Sequence record: PZ445444.1
Length of the DNA: 64,000 nt
Strand: one strand, 5' to 3'
DNA from: a phage
A model generated the notes under the pieces. It saw only the letters and a program-made list of their open reading frames with translations. It made no database searches and had not been told where the DNA came from. The translations under genes were made by a program, and so were the position numbers. Within the stretch, counting starts at the first letter, position 1. Every line of letters begins with the position of its first letter. Below, piece after piece: positions 56,798 through 64,000 of the stretch.

Positions 56798-57405
56798 TCT
56801 TCTTGGGCCTCTTTAGCATCAATATACTTGCACACAATCTCCGATGCACACTCCCAAGGTGCACCTTCAGGGTTTACAACATCAAACTCAACCCCTTTTA
56901 TTCCGTTCTTTTCCAGACTTAGATAGGTTCTGGAATCATTTCCCCAGCCATATCCTACACGGTGAATACGGAACAACAACAGATCTCCACCTGTGCTGTA
57001 TGCGTACTCGCTAAGGCATGCCAGCTCCTCTTTGAATCCACCATCGGAGTAAACAATAACCCCTTTACTTTCAGGAAAATCTTTCTTCAAAGATGCGACT
57101 GCGGCTTTACCGAAAGCATCTTCACCAAAGATAGGTTTAATCAGATTTTCACTACAATGGATCATCCATTCTCGCGGAGAAACATGCTTGCCGTCTATCA
57201 TTAAGAAAGGGCAAGGCCCTTCTTTGTAGTGGCGGTCATAAAGTGCATTCCAGAGTTGAGGAGTTACACCAGCTGCCTTAATTGCCACACTGAAGAGCAT
57301 TTCCTTAACCTCACGGTGGTGTGAGTTAGGAATAGCTTCCAACAAGAGATCTGCAATGTGATCCTTACCACTGCTGGGTGGGGCGTTAAGAACAATAATA
57401 TCCAT
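56791..57405 (-). CDS. deoxynucleoside monophosphate kinase-like P-loop protein
   Basis: N-terminus IIVLNAPPSSGKDHIADLL resembles T4 dNMP kinase LIFLSGVKRSGKDTTADFI. Confidence 0.55.
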   Translation of the reverse strand: MDIIVLNAPPSSGKDHIADLLLEAIPNSHHREVKEMLFSVAIKAAGVTPQLWNALYDRHYKEGPCPFLMIDGKHVSPREWMIHCSENLIKPIFGEDAFGKAAVASLKKDFPESKGVIVYSDGGFKEELACLSEYAYSTGGDLLLFRIHRVGYGWGNDSRTYLSLEKNGIKGVEFDVVNPEGAPWECASEIVCKYIDAKEAQEEC

Positions 57406-57608
57406 TAAAAACCTCCGTGGTATTCTTCAACTGCATCAATAATACTTTTACACTTATCTACCAGCTCGTTAGCCACTACAGCATCGTCTTCCCAAACAGC
57501 CTCCTCAATCTGATCAAGCAATGATCGCATCTTACTCATCATTTCTGGGATAAAGTTTTCTGAAAAGCTGTCTGGAATTGTTAACTCTAGTGTCATTTCG
57601 GTCTCCAA
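57405..57608 (-). CDS. hypothetical acidic protein (67 aa)
   Basis: Short coupled ORF. Confidence 0.45.
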   Translation of the reverse strand: METEMTLELTIPDSFSENFIPEMMSKMRSLLDQIEEAVWEDDAVVANELVDKCKSIIDAVEEYHGGF

Positions 57609-57623
57609 TCATACTATGCGTTA

Positions 57624-58082
57624 TTAGAAGTTTGTTTTTACACGTCCCTTCTCATCAACCTCGTTGTTAGCTAAAAGCGTTACAAAGTCTGTGAAACGAA
57701 CATGAAGAACCCTTTTCTTATCAAGGTATCCTAAAGCCACCCCTGAGAAATTTAGCATCAAAGGGGCTAAAGAAGCTCTGGCACTGAAATGCTGTTGTTC
57801 TACCCTTCCAACACCCTTAGTGTAGGATGGGTTAAGATTGTAAGTTCTGAATCCCAGTTTTGTTGGAGCTTTAGAATTAAAAACGACTTTATAGCGTTTC
57901 TTACTCAACTTATGCTCCAGGATAAGCATTCCCTTATCACCTTTGATAAGTTGAAAATCTGTAAAGTGCTCTTTTAAGACGAAAGGTAGTGCCAGTCCCA
58001 TCGCCTGTCCTCTTTGTACCGCTGTCTCACCAAAAGCTTTTGCATCAGTAAGTTCTTTGGTCAAGTCTATGCTTTTGATCAT
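57624..58082 (-). CDS. hypothetical protein (152 aa)
   Basis: ORF in the co-directional array. Confidence 0.5.
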   Translation of the reverse strand: MIKSIDLTKELTDAKAFGETAVQRGQAMGLALPFVLKEHFTDFQLIKGDKGMLILEHKLSKKRYKVVFNSKAPTKLGFRTYNLNPSYTKGVGRVEQQHFSARASLAPLMLNFSGVALGYLDKKRVLHVRFTDFVTLLANNEVDEKGRVKTNF

Positions 58083-58893
58083 ACCTGGTCTCCAAAATGT
58101 ATTGTAGTTCTTTCTTACCTATACTCTTCATTCCAGCAGTCTTACCTGCTTCTTCTTGAAAAGAAGAATAGCATTCAGCAAACACTCTGTCAACACCGTC
58201 AACTAAAGATTTTATGAAATATGTTGATTCTTCAGATTTTGGGTCATCATCCCCCAATACTTTTCCAGCATTATACCCAACACGTCTTACACAGAAGTCG
58301 TAGTCATCTGGTGTGCTAAAAGAAAATAACTTATTCTCTCCAATCTCTACAGGATCCCTATTGCACACCTTTTTCTCCCAAATTTGGAAAACACATGGCA
58401 CGTCATAAGGTTTGCCATTAAGTAAAAACGAATTCTTAGGGCACCTTTCGCTGTAGACAAGGTGCATCGACATGTCCAGTTTGTTTGCAAAAAATATTTT
58501 TTCAAATGTCCGTGGCAAGATGAAGGCTATAGCCCCTCCAAGCTCTAGCAATGATGCACAATGGTTAAAGAATTTGCAAGCTAAGGATGAATTCTTGCCA
58601 AATGGTGGGTTACCTATGAAGACATCTGCCTTGGGATGCACCTCCAAGAAGTTTGCCTGAATGCACGGTGTTGGTCCTTCAAATTCAGGATCTGGTACTA
58701 AATCGTACGACAGTATCTCTGAAAATAGTTTTGAAAAAGAACCCCTTCCAGCAGAAGGCTCAACGTATGCACAATTCCCATACTTATCTTTTACTTTACC
58801 AACAAGATATTCTGCATACTCAGGGTTTGTGTAGTATTTGTCGTTGGACTCTTTCTTGCTCAAAGTGCCTCCAAAAGGAAAAGGGAGGCGCAA
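58045..58893 (-). CDS. DNA N6-adenine methyltransferase (NPPF motif)
   Basis: Catalytic motif DVFIGNPPFG; start uncertain because the track TTG start lies inside a hairpin at 58883-58900. Confidence 0.6.
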   Translation of the reverse strand: MRLPFPFGGTLSKKESNDKYYTNPEYAEYLVGKVKDKYGNCAYVEPSAGRGSFSKLFSEILSYDLVPDPEFEGPTPCIQANFLEVHPKADVFIGNPPFGKNSSLACKFFNHCASLLELGGAIAFILPRTFEKIFFANKLDMSMHLVYSERCPKNSFLLNGKPYDVPCVFQIWEKKVCNRDPVEIGENKLFSFSTPDDYDFCVRRVGYNAGKVLGDDDPKSEESTYFIKSLVDGVDRVFAECYSSFQEEAGKTAGMKSIGKKELQYILETRYDQKHRLDQRTY

Positions 58894-58908
58894 GCCTCCC
58901 TATAATTG

Positions 58909-59892
58909 TTAGATTATCTGAATCAGGGTATTTTTCATTTCTTCTCTGGTGCGGATGTTGTTACGGTCACGAACAACAGATCCACAACCTTCGCAGCGGT
59001 ATGTTTTAAATGCACTCAGTTGAGTATACGCCAAAGCTTCTTCCTCGTGAAGGTGTTCTCCACCACAGCGTGGGCAACGAACTTTTGGCTCCTCATCCTG
59101 GTAGTACAATGACATGTTGGGGTGCTGCTTAGCAAACGGGCGAGCCAGCAAATACAGGCCTTCCAGAGATAGGATATCGCCAACATTGTACTCCCGCATC
59201 TGTTTAAACGCCTCAAGATCACCGTGAACACACTTGATCCACATTTCAAATGTGTGGTCAATCAGTTTCTGTCGGGCAAGTTGGAAGTATTTGCATGCAT
59301 ACTCCAAAGTGTTTGCATTCAAACGGAATGCCTTCTTGATCATTTTAAGGGTGTCAACCTCTTTGTAGGGGCTTGTTGGAGGCAATCCGTGAAATGCAAA
59401 TCGTTGGTTGGCCCACCCACAGTCAAAACCTGAATTGTGGGCTACTGCGACATCACATTTATCCAGATAATACCACAAATCCTGAATCAATTCGAGATCA
59501 TTGTGAATATCCTCATCCCACATTTTGTAATCAGGAAGAGCGCAGTCAACCACACTAGGACTGTCTAACCACTTACCTGCGAAAGTTAGCATGTAGGGCA
59601 TAATTTCAATACCGCAGGTTTGAATGTTGGTCTTATAGTGCCCAAAGAACCAGCCGTTTGTTGGAGATGTCTCTGTATCATACACCCAAACTTTAGCACC
59701 TTTGTGCTCTTCAAGGAAGCGCTCCGTTGCTTCTCCTACAATCTCTGACATATTCTCTTGTGCACGTTTAAGCTGTAGTCGGATCCAGCTCTCACGTGAC
59801 TCACGGCCTAAAAATTCACGAGCAATTTGTCTATTAGTGTATCCCTGTTGCTTTAGTGTTAAAATTTGCTCAAGAGTTAACTTTGTCATCAT
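58909..59892 (-). CDS. DnaQ-like (DEDD) 3'-5' exonuclease with C-terminal zinc ribbon
   Basis: Exo I-like VWVYDTETS, Exo II-like VAVAHNSGFD; C-terminal CPRCG...CEGCG. Confidence 0.55.
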   Translation of the reverse strand: MMTKLTLEQILTLKQQGYTNRQIAREFLGRESRESWIRLQLKRAQENMSEIVGEATERFLEEHKGAKVWVYDTETSPTNGWFFGHYKTNIQTCGIEIMPYMLTFAGKWLDSPSVVDCALPDYKMWDEDIHNDLELIQDLWYYLDKCDVAVAHNSGFDCGWANQRFAFHGLPPTSPYKEVDTLKMIKKAFRLNANTLEYACKYFQLARQKLIDHTFEMWIKCVHGDLEAFKQMREYNVGDILSLEGLYLLARPFAKQHPNMSLYYQDEEPKVRCPRCGGEHLHEEEALAYTQLSAFKTYRCEGCGSVVRDRNNIRTREEMKNTLIQII

Positions 59893-59904
59893 CGTTAAGA
59901 TTCC

Positions 59905-60126
59905 TTAGTAAAACTGAAGAATGTCTTTTAAAGCGAAGTCACGATATTCGCCCTTGTCTACATCGAAGGCACGCATCAACCACTGCTCTTCTTTATGATA
60001 CTCTGTAGAGCCAAACCATAAATTAGGCTCAGTAACGCAGCGATCTGCAACAACACCTTTCCAGTTACGGTATTTCATCCTGATCAGAACTGAATCGCAA
60101 GGATTGAATACCTTTTTCATCCCCAT
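59905..60126 (-). CDS. hypothetical protein (73 aa)
   Basis: Short ORF. Confidence 0.4.
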   Translation of the reverse strand: MGMKKVFNPCDSVLIRMKYRNWKGVVADRCVTEPNLWFGSTEYHKEEQWLMRAFDVDKGEYRDFALKDILQFY

Positions 60127-60670
60127 AGAAATCTCTCTCCTCAGTTTTCTTTATAAACTCCTGCATGTAGAACTCAATAGCCTCATGCTTGGTGCACTCC
60201 GGATTAATGACAAGATTGAGATCTGATTCTGCTCGTGCAATGATCGTAGCTTTAGAGCATCTCCTCAAGAACTTTGTCATATCATCTCTGTAGTTTTTGT
60301 GGAGCGGGAAGTCGCTGTAGTCTTTCTCCAAATAGTCAGCCATCCGGCGCAACGCCTCTGATAAACTGCAATCTGTATACTCGTTACAGTATTTCATCCA
60401 GTATTTAAGCACATACCCCTCAAAGGTATTAGTGCATTGGGACAAAACACCCCTGCAACGACCAGTCAGATGGTCATGATCCAAACAAGGCTTACGAAGT
60501 GGCTCGCACAAGATAGGATCAAGACCATCCTGCTCCTCTGACAATTCTTTTCGAAAGTTGGCTATGTCCTTAGAATCTTTTAACCACCCGTTATGAACGG
60601 GGGCTTTGACAGCTTTCTTTCTTATTTTACGCTTTGCGATAATCCCTCCAGATGCGCCCTGCCTATCCAA
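60065..60670 (-). CDS. endonuclease VII-like junction-resolving nuclease
   Basis: LDHDHLTGRCRGVLSQCTNTFEG resembles the T4 endonuclease VII zinc/His-Me finger region (LDHDHELNG...RGLLCNLCNAAEG). Confidence 0.6.
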   Translation of the reverse strand: MDRQGASGGIIAKRKIRKKAVKAPVHNGWLKDSKDIANFRKELSEEQDGLDPILCEPLRKPCLDHDHLTGRCRGVLSQCTNTFEGYVLKYWMKYCNEYTDCSLSEALRRMADYLEKDYSDFPLHKNYRDDMTKFLRRCSKATIIARAESDLNLVINPECTKHEAIEFYMQEFIKKTEERDFYGDEKGIQSLRFSSDQDEIP

Positions 60671-61251
60671 TAAGCATCTGCGAGATCGGCCTTACCTTGT
60701 ACCAAATTGATCCCATCTAGGAACCCAGGTTCAGATACTTCGCAGGCCTTAACCATCAACTTTTTATCCATCGTAACAGGTTTCTTCACAGTATGCTCTT
60801 TACCTGTCTTTTTGTCAAGCTTTTTCTTCTCCTCGAAAGCAAGTTCCTCAGGAAGATGACCACGAGCAAACTTTTTGGCAGTTGTTGGTGTCACTGTGTG
60901 GACCTTAAACAGGCCGTCATTTTCACAATCAGCTAAGGCATCCCAAAGCATAACTTCAAGACCGTAAAACAACCCAGCCAGTTCACGTGTGGCATCCCCG
61001 CGTGATCCAAAGGAAAGCCCTTCCATAACTACAGTGTCAACGCCGTGCGTGTGGATATAATATCTGACCTGTTTGCAGATCCAGTCAATACGCTCAGCAG
61101 CTGTTGCAAAAGAAACCGTCCCTGGTTTCTTCTCTTTTGCAGATGAGCTTTGAGTTCGTAACACAACCTTATGAACAGGCTTTCCATCGTCCCATACAAC
61201 GCAAGCTGTGTGTGTCAACGACTGGTCTATGGATAATAGACGCTCTCTCAT
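60622..61251 (-). CDS. RuvC-like nuclease (candidate)
   Basis: Spacing of acidic residues (SIDQS, VVMEG, DLADAY) is consistent with an RNase H-fold resolvase; weak. Confidence 0.4.
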   Translation of the reverse strand: MRERLLSIDQSLTHTACVVWDDGKPVHKVVLRTQSSSAKEKKPGTVSFATAAERIDWICKQVRYYIHTHGVDTVVMEGLSFGSRGDATRELAGLFYGLEVMLWDALADCENDGLFKVHTVTPTTAKKFARGHLPEELAFEEKKKLDKKTGKEHTVKKPVTMDKKLMVKACEVSEPGFLDGINLVQGKADLADAYWIGRAHLEGLSQSVK

Positions 61252-61583
61252 GCTTCCTCATCCTCCTCTCCTTCATCAGGAGCATAAGCCTTATCTTTGA
61301 ACAATACGAGAGAGCAAAGCTTAACATCTGTTTCCACACTGGTGAACATGCATAACCGCTCGCCCTCAATCAGCTCACAATCCTCTTTTAAAACAGCAGA
61401 CCATACACGGTCATCTGCGTAATCATCCGTGTACAGGATGTATGAAATGGTGTCATCTTCATACAACCGCCACATACCTGTGGCAACAACGAATGTATTT
61501 TTTGTTTTAAGTGTCCCTGTTGTGTGATCATCCTCAAAAACAGCTTCCATAATTGCGTTATCTACAGAATTTTTAGTCATCAA
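61248..61583 (-). CDS. hypothetical acidic protein (111 aa)
   Basis: ATGA coupling. Confidence 0.45.
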   Translation of the reverse strand: MMTKNSVDNAIMEAVFEDDHTTGTLKTKNTFVVATGMWRLYEDDTISYILYTDDYADDRVWSAVLKEDCELIEGERLCMFTSVETDVKLCSLVLFKDKAYAPDEGEEDEEA

Positions 61584-62719
61584 ATTGCTCCAACATTTCT
61601 AAGAACGTTAACAAGTTTTGTTTGATCATTGAATGTTCGCTTCATATACAAACAGTCAAAAATTATACTCATCCATTGACCTACGGAGATTCTACGATCA
61701 ATACCATTGAAGTCAGTATACTTAACAACACCTTTCGGGAACCACTTCTTGTACTGATCAATAATAGCCACCCACATCTCCTTTGGAGTGCTGCACTGAG
61801 ACAGTAGGTAGAATGCTGAGGCATCTCCGAACTTACCCTTACCGATAAGTCCTTGATACGGCTTGATGTTGTCAGCAGAGTCACCACACAGCATTTGGTA
61901 TCCGAAGAACAGCATTCCGTAACCACCAACCTCTCCATTAGGCTTCATGAAGATGTTCCCCATACCGTTATCGATCAGCATAGGGGTTTCCCTTACAAAA
62001 TCTCCCTTATCGTTTCGCATGGGATCGAACACAAGCCCCGGTAGTGTTCTTTGGTCCTTATCAATAGAGATAATAAACTTGTTGAACTTACCTGTTTTTT
62101 GGTAGTGGTTCCAACCTTCAAATTGCTGGATAGCTAACCAGTCATCAGCCTCGATACCGTTGATCACTTGAGCATTATACTGCTTTTGGAGATACTGTCT
62201 TGCATCTCCAAGCAGCAGTGGTCGAAGAGTATTGTTACGGTTGGCTTTGTATCTTTCCGGCATTGGAAGATCTAGTCTGAAGTTACCTGTGCCTCCCAAC
62301 ACCCCGACACATCGCTCTTCCGGAATACCAAGATAGTTAAGAACTGCATTTGCCTTACATTTTATTGTGTGCAAGCAGTTCTCTACAGGGTCAGGTGTTT
62401 GGATATCCAAGACATCAAAATCTTCACGTGTCCACGGAATAAACTCCTTACCAGACTTTTTACATGCGGCTTCACGGTTGGTATTCTCAGCTTTTAGCCA
62501 ACCACCAACGGTGTTCTTCTGCCGCCCCCAGAACTCTGTTCGTGTTTTAAACATCTTCTTACGTCCGGAGGCTTTGTGTGTTACCTCAATTGTCCTTTTT
62601 TCACAACTTGCTGCAGCTTGATATGCAACCTGATCGAAGTCATAATAAACTATAGCGTCAGGTTCAAGAAGATCAGCCAGACAATCTATGGACTCAATAA
62701 GTGGATATTCTCTACTCAA
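61580..62719 (-). CDS. 5'-3' exonuclease / flap endonuclease (FEN family)
   Basis: FEN-type motifs GIEADDWLA, ISIDKDQRTL and GDSADNIKP. Confidence 0.6.
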   Translation of the reverse strand: MSREYPLIESIDCLADLLEPDAIVYYDFDQVAYQAAASCEKRTIEVTHKASGRKKMFKTRTEFWGRQKNTVGGWLKAENTNREAACKKSGKEFIPWTREDFDVLDIQTPDPVENCLHTIKCKANAVLNYLGIPEERCVGVLGGTGNFRLDLPMPERYKANRNNTLRPLLLGDARQYLQKQYNAQVINGIEADDWLAIQQFEGWNHYQKTGKFNKFIISIDKDQRTLPGLVFDPMRNDKGDFVRETPMLIDNGMGNIFMKPNGEVGGYGMLFFGYQMLCGDSADNIKPYQGLIGKGKFGDASAFYLLSQCSTPKEMWVAIIDQYKKWFPKGVVKYTDFNGIDRRISVGQWMSIIFDCLYMKRTFNDQTKLVNVLRNVGAI

Positions 62720-63020
62720 AGACCCTCCTGTTAGTTATTCTGCAAGATGGTTGGATGCTGTAATGGAATGCATCATCACTCTCTGCAATAAGTGACTCAA
62801 CATCCCAATACTTTTCAAAAAGGAACGGATTAGACCCCCAGTGGTGGGTTATTTTCATCAAGGAGTCTGGTATCATATAACCACAGATCTTAATTACATC
62901 GCCAGGTTGAATTGTGTTTTCATGAAGGTTGCTTGCCTTCTTCAGAATCATACCTTTATGATTCTCGTTTGCATACAACTGGACAATATCTTTATCTTCA
63001 ACAATAAAAATTTTAAGCAT
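62712..63020 (-). CDS. hypothetical protein (102 aa)
   Basis: ORF in the co-directional array. Confidence 0.45.
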   Translation of the reverse strand: MLKIFIVEDKDIVQLYANENHKGMILKKASNLHENTIQPGDVIKICGYMIPDSLMKITHHWGSNPFLFEKYWDVESLIAESDDAFHYSIQPSCRITNRRVFE

Positions 63021-63079
63021 ACCTAGTTCTCCTAGTTTATAGATATCTGACCGATAATATCAGATTAATAACACTTTTG

Positions 63080-63373
63080 TCAAGACTTTTTAGTCTTTCT
63101 TGGAGAGCTTTTTGTTGATCTTTTCCTTTTGTGGTAGATTCCAAGTGCAGCGTTTTCTTGGGCGCACGTTTTAACAGTTCTCAGACAAGAGCTTTCAGCT
63201 TTAGGCAGGTTTAACTCCCACCAACCAAGCCAGTAAAGTTCTGATTCAGACAACTGCTCAGATTCAGCCTTCCGATACAAGGCTTGCATACCCCTGATGA
63301 TATCGTCCAGAGGTGTATCGAATACAAAAGCTGTCTTATCGAATTTCTCTTTTACAGATCTCTTAGCCATCAA
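63080..63373 (-). CDS. hypothetical basic protein (97 aa)
   Basis: Basic C-terminal tail. Confidence 0.45.
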   Translation of the reverse strand: MMAKRSVKEKFDKTAFVFDTPLDDIIRGMQALYRKAESEQLSESELYWLGWWELNLPKAESSCLRTVKTCAQENAALGIYHKRKRSTKSSPRKTKKS

Positions 63374-63827
63374 GGTAACCCTCTATCCACGAAAAGTCAG
63401 TCTTCCATTCTGGAACTTTACTAAGCTCGCGCCACTCTGCAAAGCAGTCTCGGTAATACGCCTCTGCCATACCTCTGGTGATCTTATTCACCTTAGCCAA
63501 CTGATTAACTGCCTGAGCATACTTTCCACGGATATTTGCTAATCCAGGATGTACCGATGTGTGACAATCTGGGCACAACGCTATCAGTCCGACAAGCCGG
63601 ATCACTCCCTCTTCGAAAGTGTAAAGTTCATGACACTCCACTGGATGTTTGCTGCCTTTACCGCCGCACACCTCGCAAGTGTAGTTTGCCTCTCTGTAGC
63701 ACTTCTTACGGATCTTATCCCACTCACTCTTCTTCACAGCGTTTCGGAGGTTATTATACCAAGCTGTTTCTGGGATCAGTTGCACAATAAGCCTGCGTTC
63801 AGACCTCATTAAACGTCCGTCTTCCAC
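63363..63827 (-). CDS. HNH-type nuclease-like protein
   Basis: CEVCGG...H..ECHEL...LCPDCHTSVH zinc-binding HNH-like arrangement. Confidence 0.45.
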   Translation of the reverse strand: MEDGRLMRSERRLIVQLIPETAWYNNLRNAVKKSEWDKIRKKCYREANYTCEVCGGKGSKHPVECHELYTFEEGVIRLVGLIALCPDCHTSVHPGLANIRGKYAQAVNQLAKVNKITRGMAEAYYRDCFAEWRELSKVPEWKTDFSWIEGYLDG

Positions 63828-63839
63828 GTATCCCCCTTA

Positions 63840-63998
63840 TTCAAAGAAATGGGTGCGAGGGCAGGAACCTGCCTCGCCTTGTTTCACAAGCTCGTAGAGC
63901 TCACCTTGGCTTGTCTCATAAAGGCAAATACGTTTACCATTGTCCCGATATACATCGACAAGATACGCTGTTTCACCTGCAAACACTACACCACAGGC
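63840..63998 (-). CDS. 3' end of a CDS entering from beyond the window
   Basis: Open minus-strand frame from the window edge ending TAA at 63842-63840. Confidence 0.3.
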
Positions 63999-64000
63999 CA

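Overview
The window reads as a fragment of a lytic dsDNA phage genome with two convergent gene blocks. The plus-strand block (1-27.9 kb) carries a T7-like replication module (C5-methyltransferase-like gene, primase-helicase, family A DNA polymerase, SSB, free-standing HNH endonucleases) followed by about 50 small genes, most behind their own sigma70-like promoter with a GC-hairpin leader. The minus-strand block (64-30.3 kb) carries recombination and nucleotide-metabolism genes (FEN-type exonuclease, endonuclease VII-like and RuvC-like nucleases, DnaQ-like exonuclease, two N6-adenine methyltransferases, dNMP kinase-like, HAD phosphatase, ThyX, NrdA/NrdB/glutaredoxin, NrdD split by a group I intron with an HNH homing endonuclease, NrdG, PhoH, ClpP-like protease) and then about 35 small genes. 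The two blocks are separated by a 2.4 kb repeat-rich non-coding region (27.94-30.35 kb). The strongest leads for something new are a TARG1/DarG-like macrodomain gene in a three-gene operon (candidate anti-ADP-ribosylation module), a phage-encoded ribosome hibernation factor (HPF/RaiA) homolog, tandem arrays of diverged small acidic paralogs, and several families of conserved intergenic hairpin and iteron elements. All calls rest on reading the sequence and ORF translations by eye; no database search or folding was run, and most small ORFs are hypothetical.
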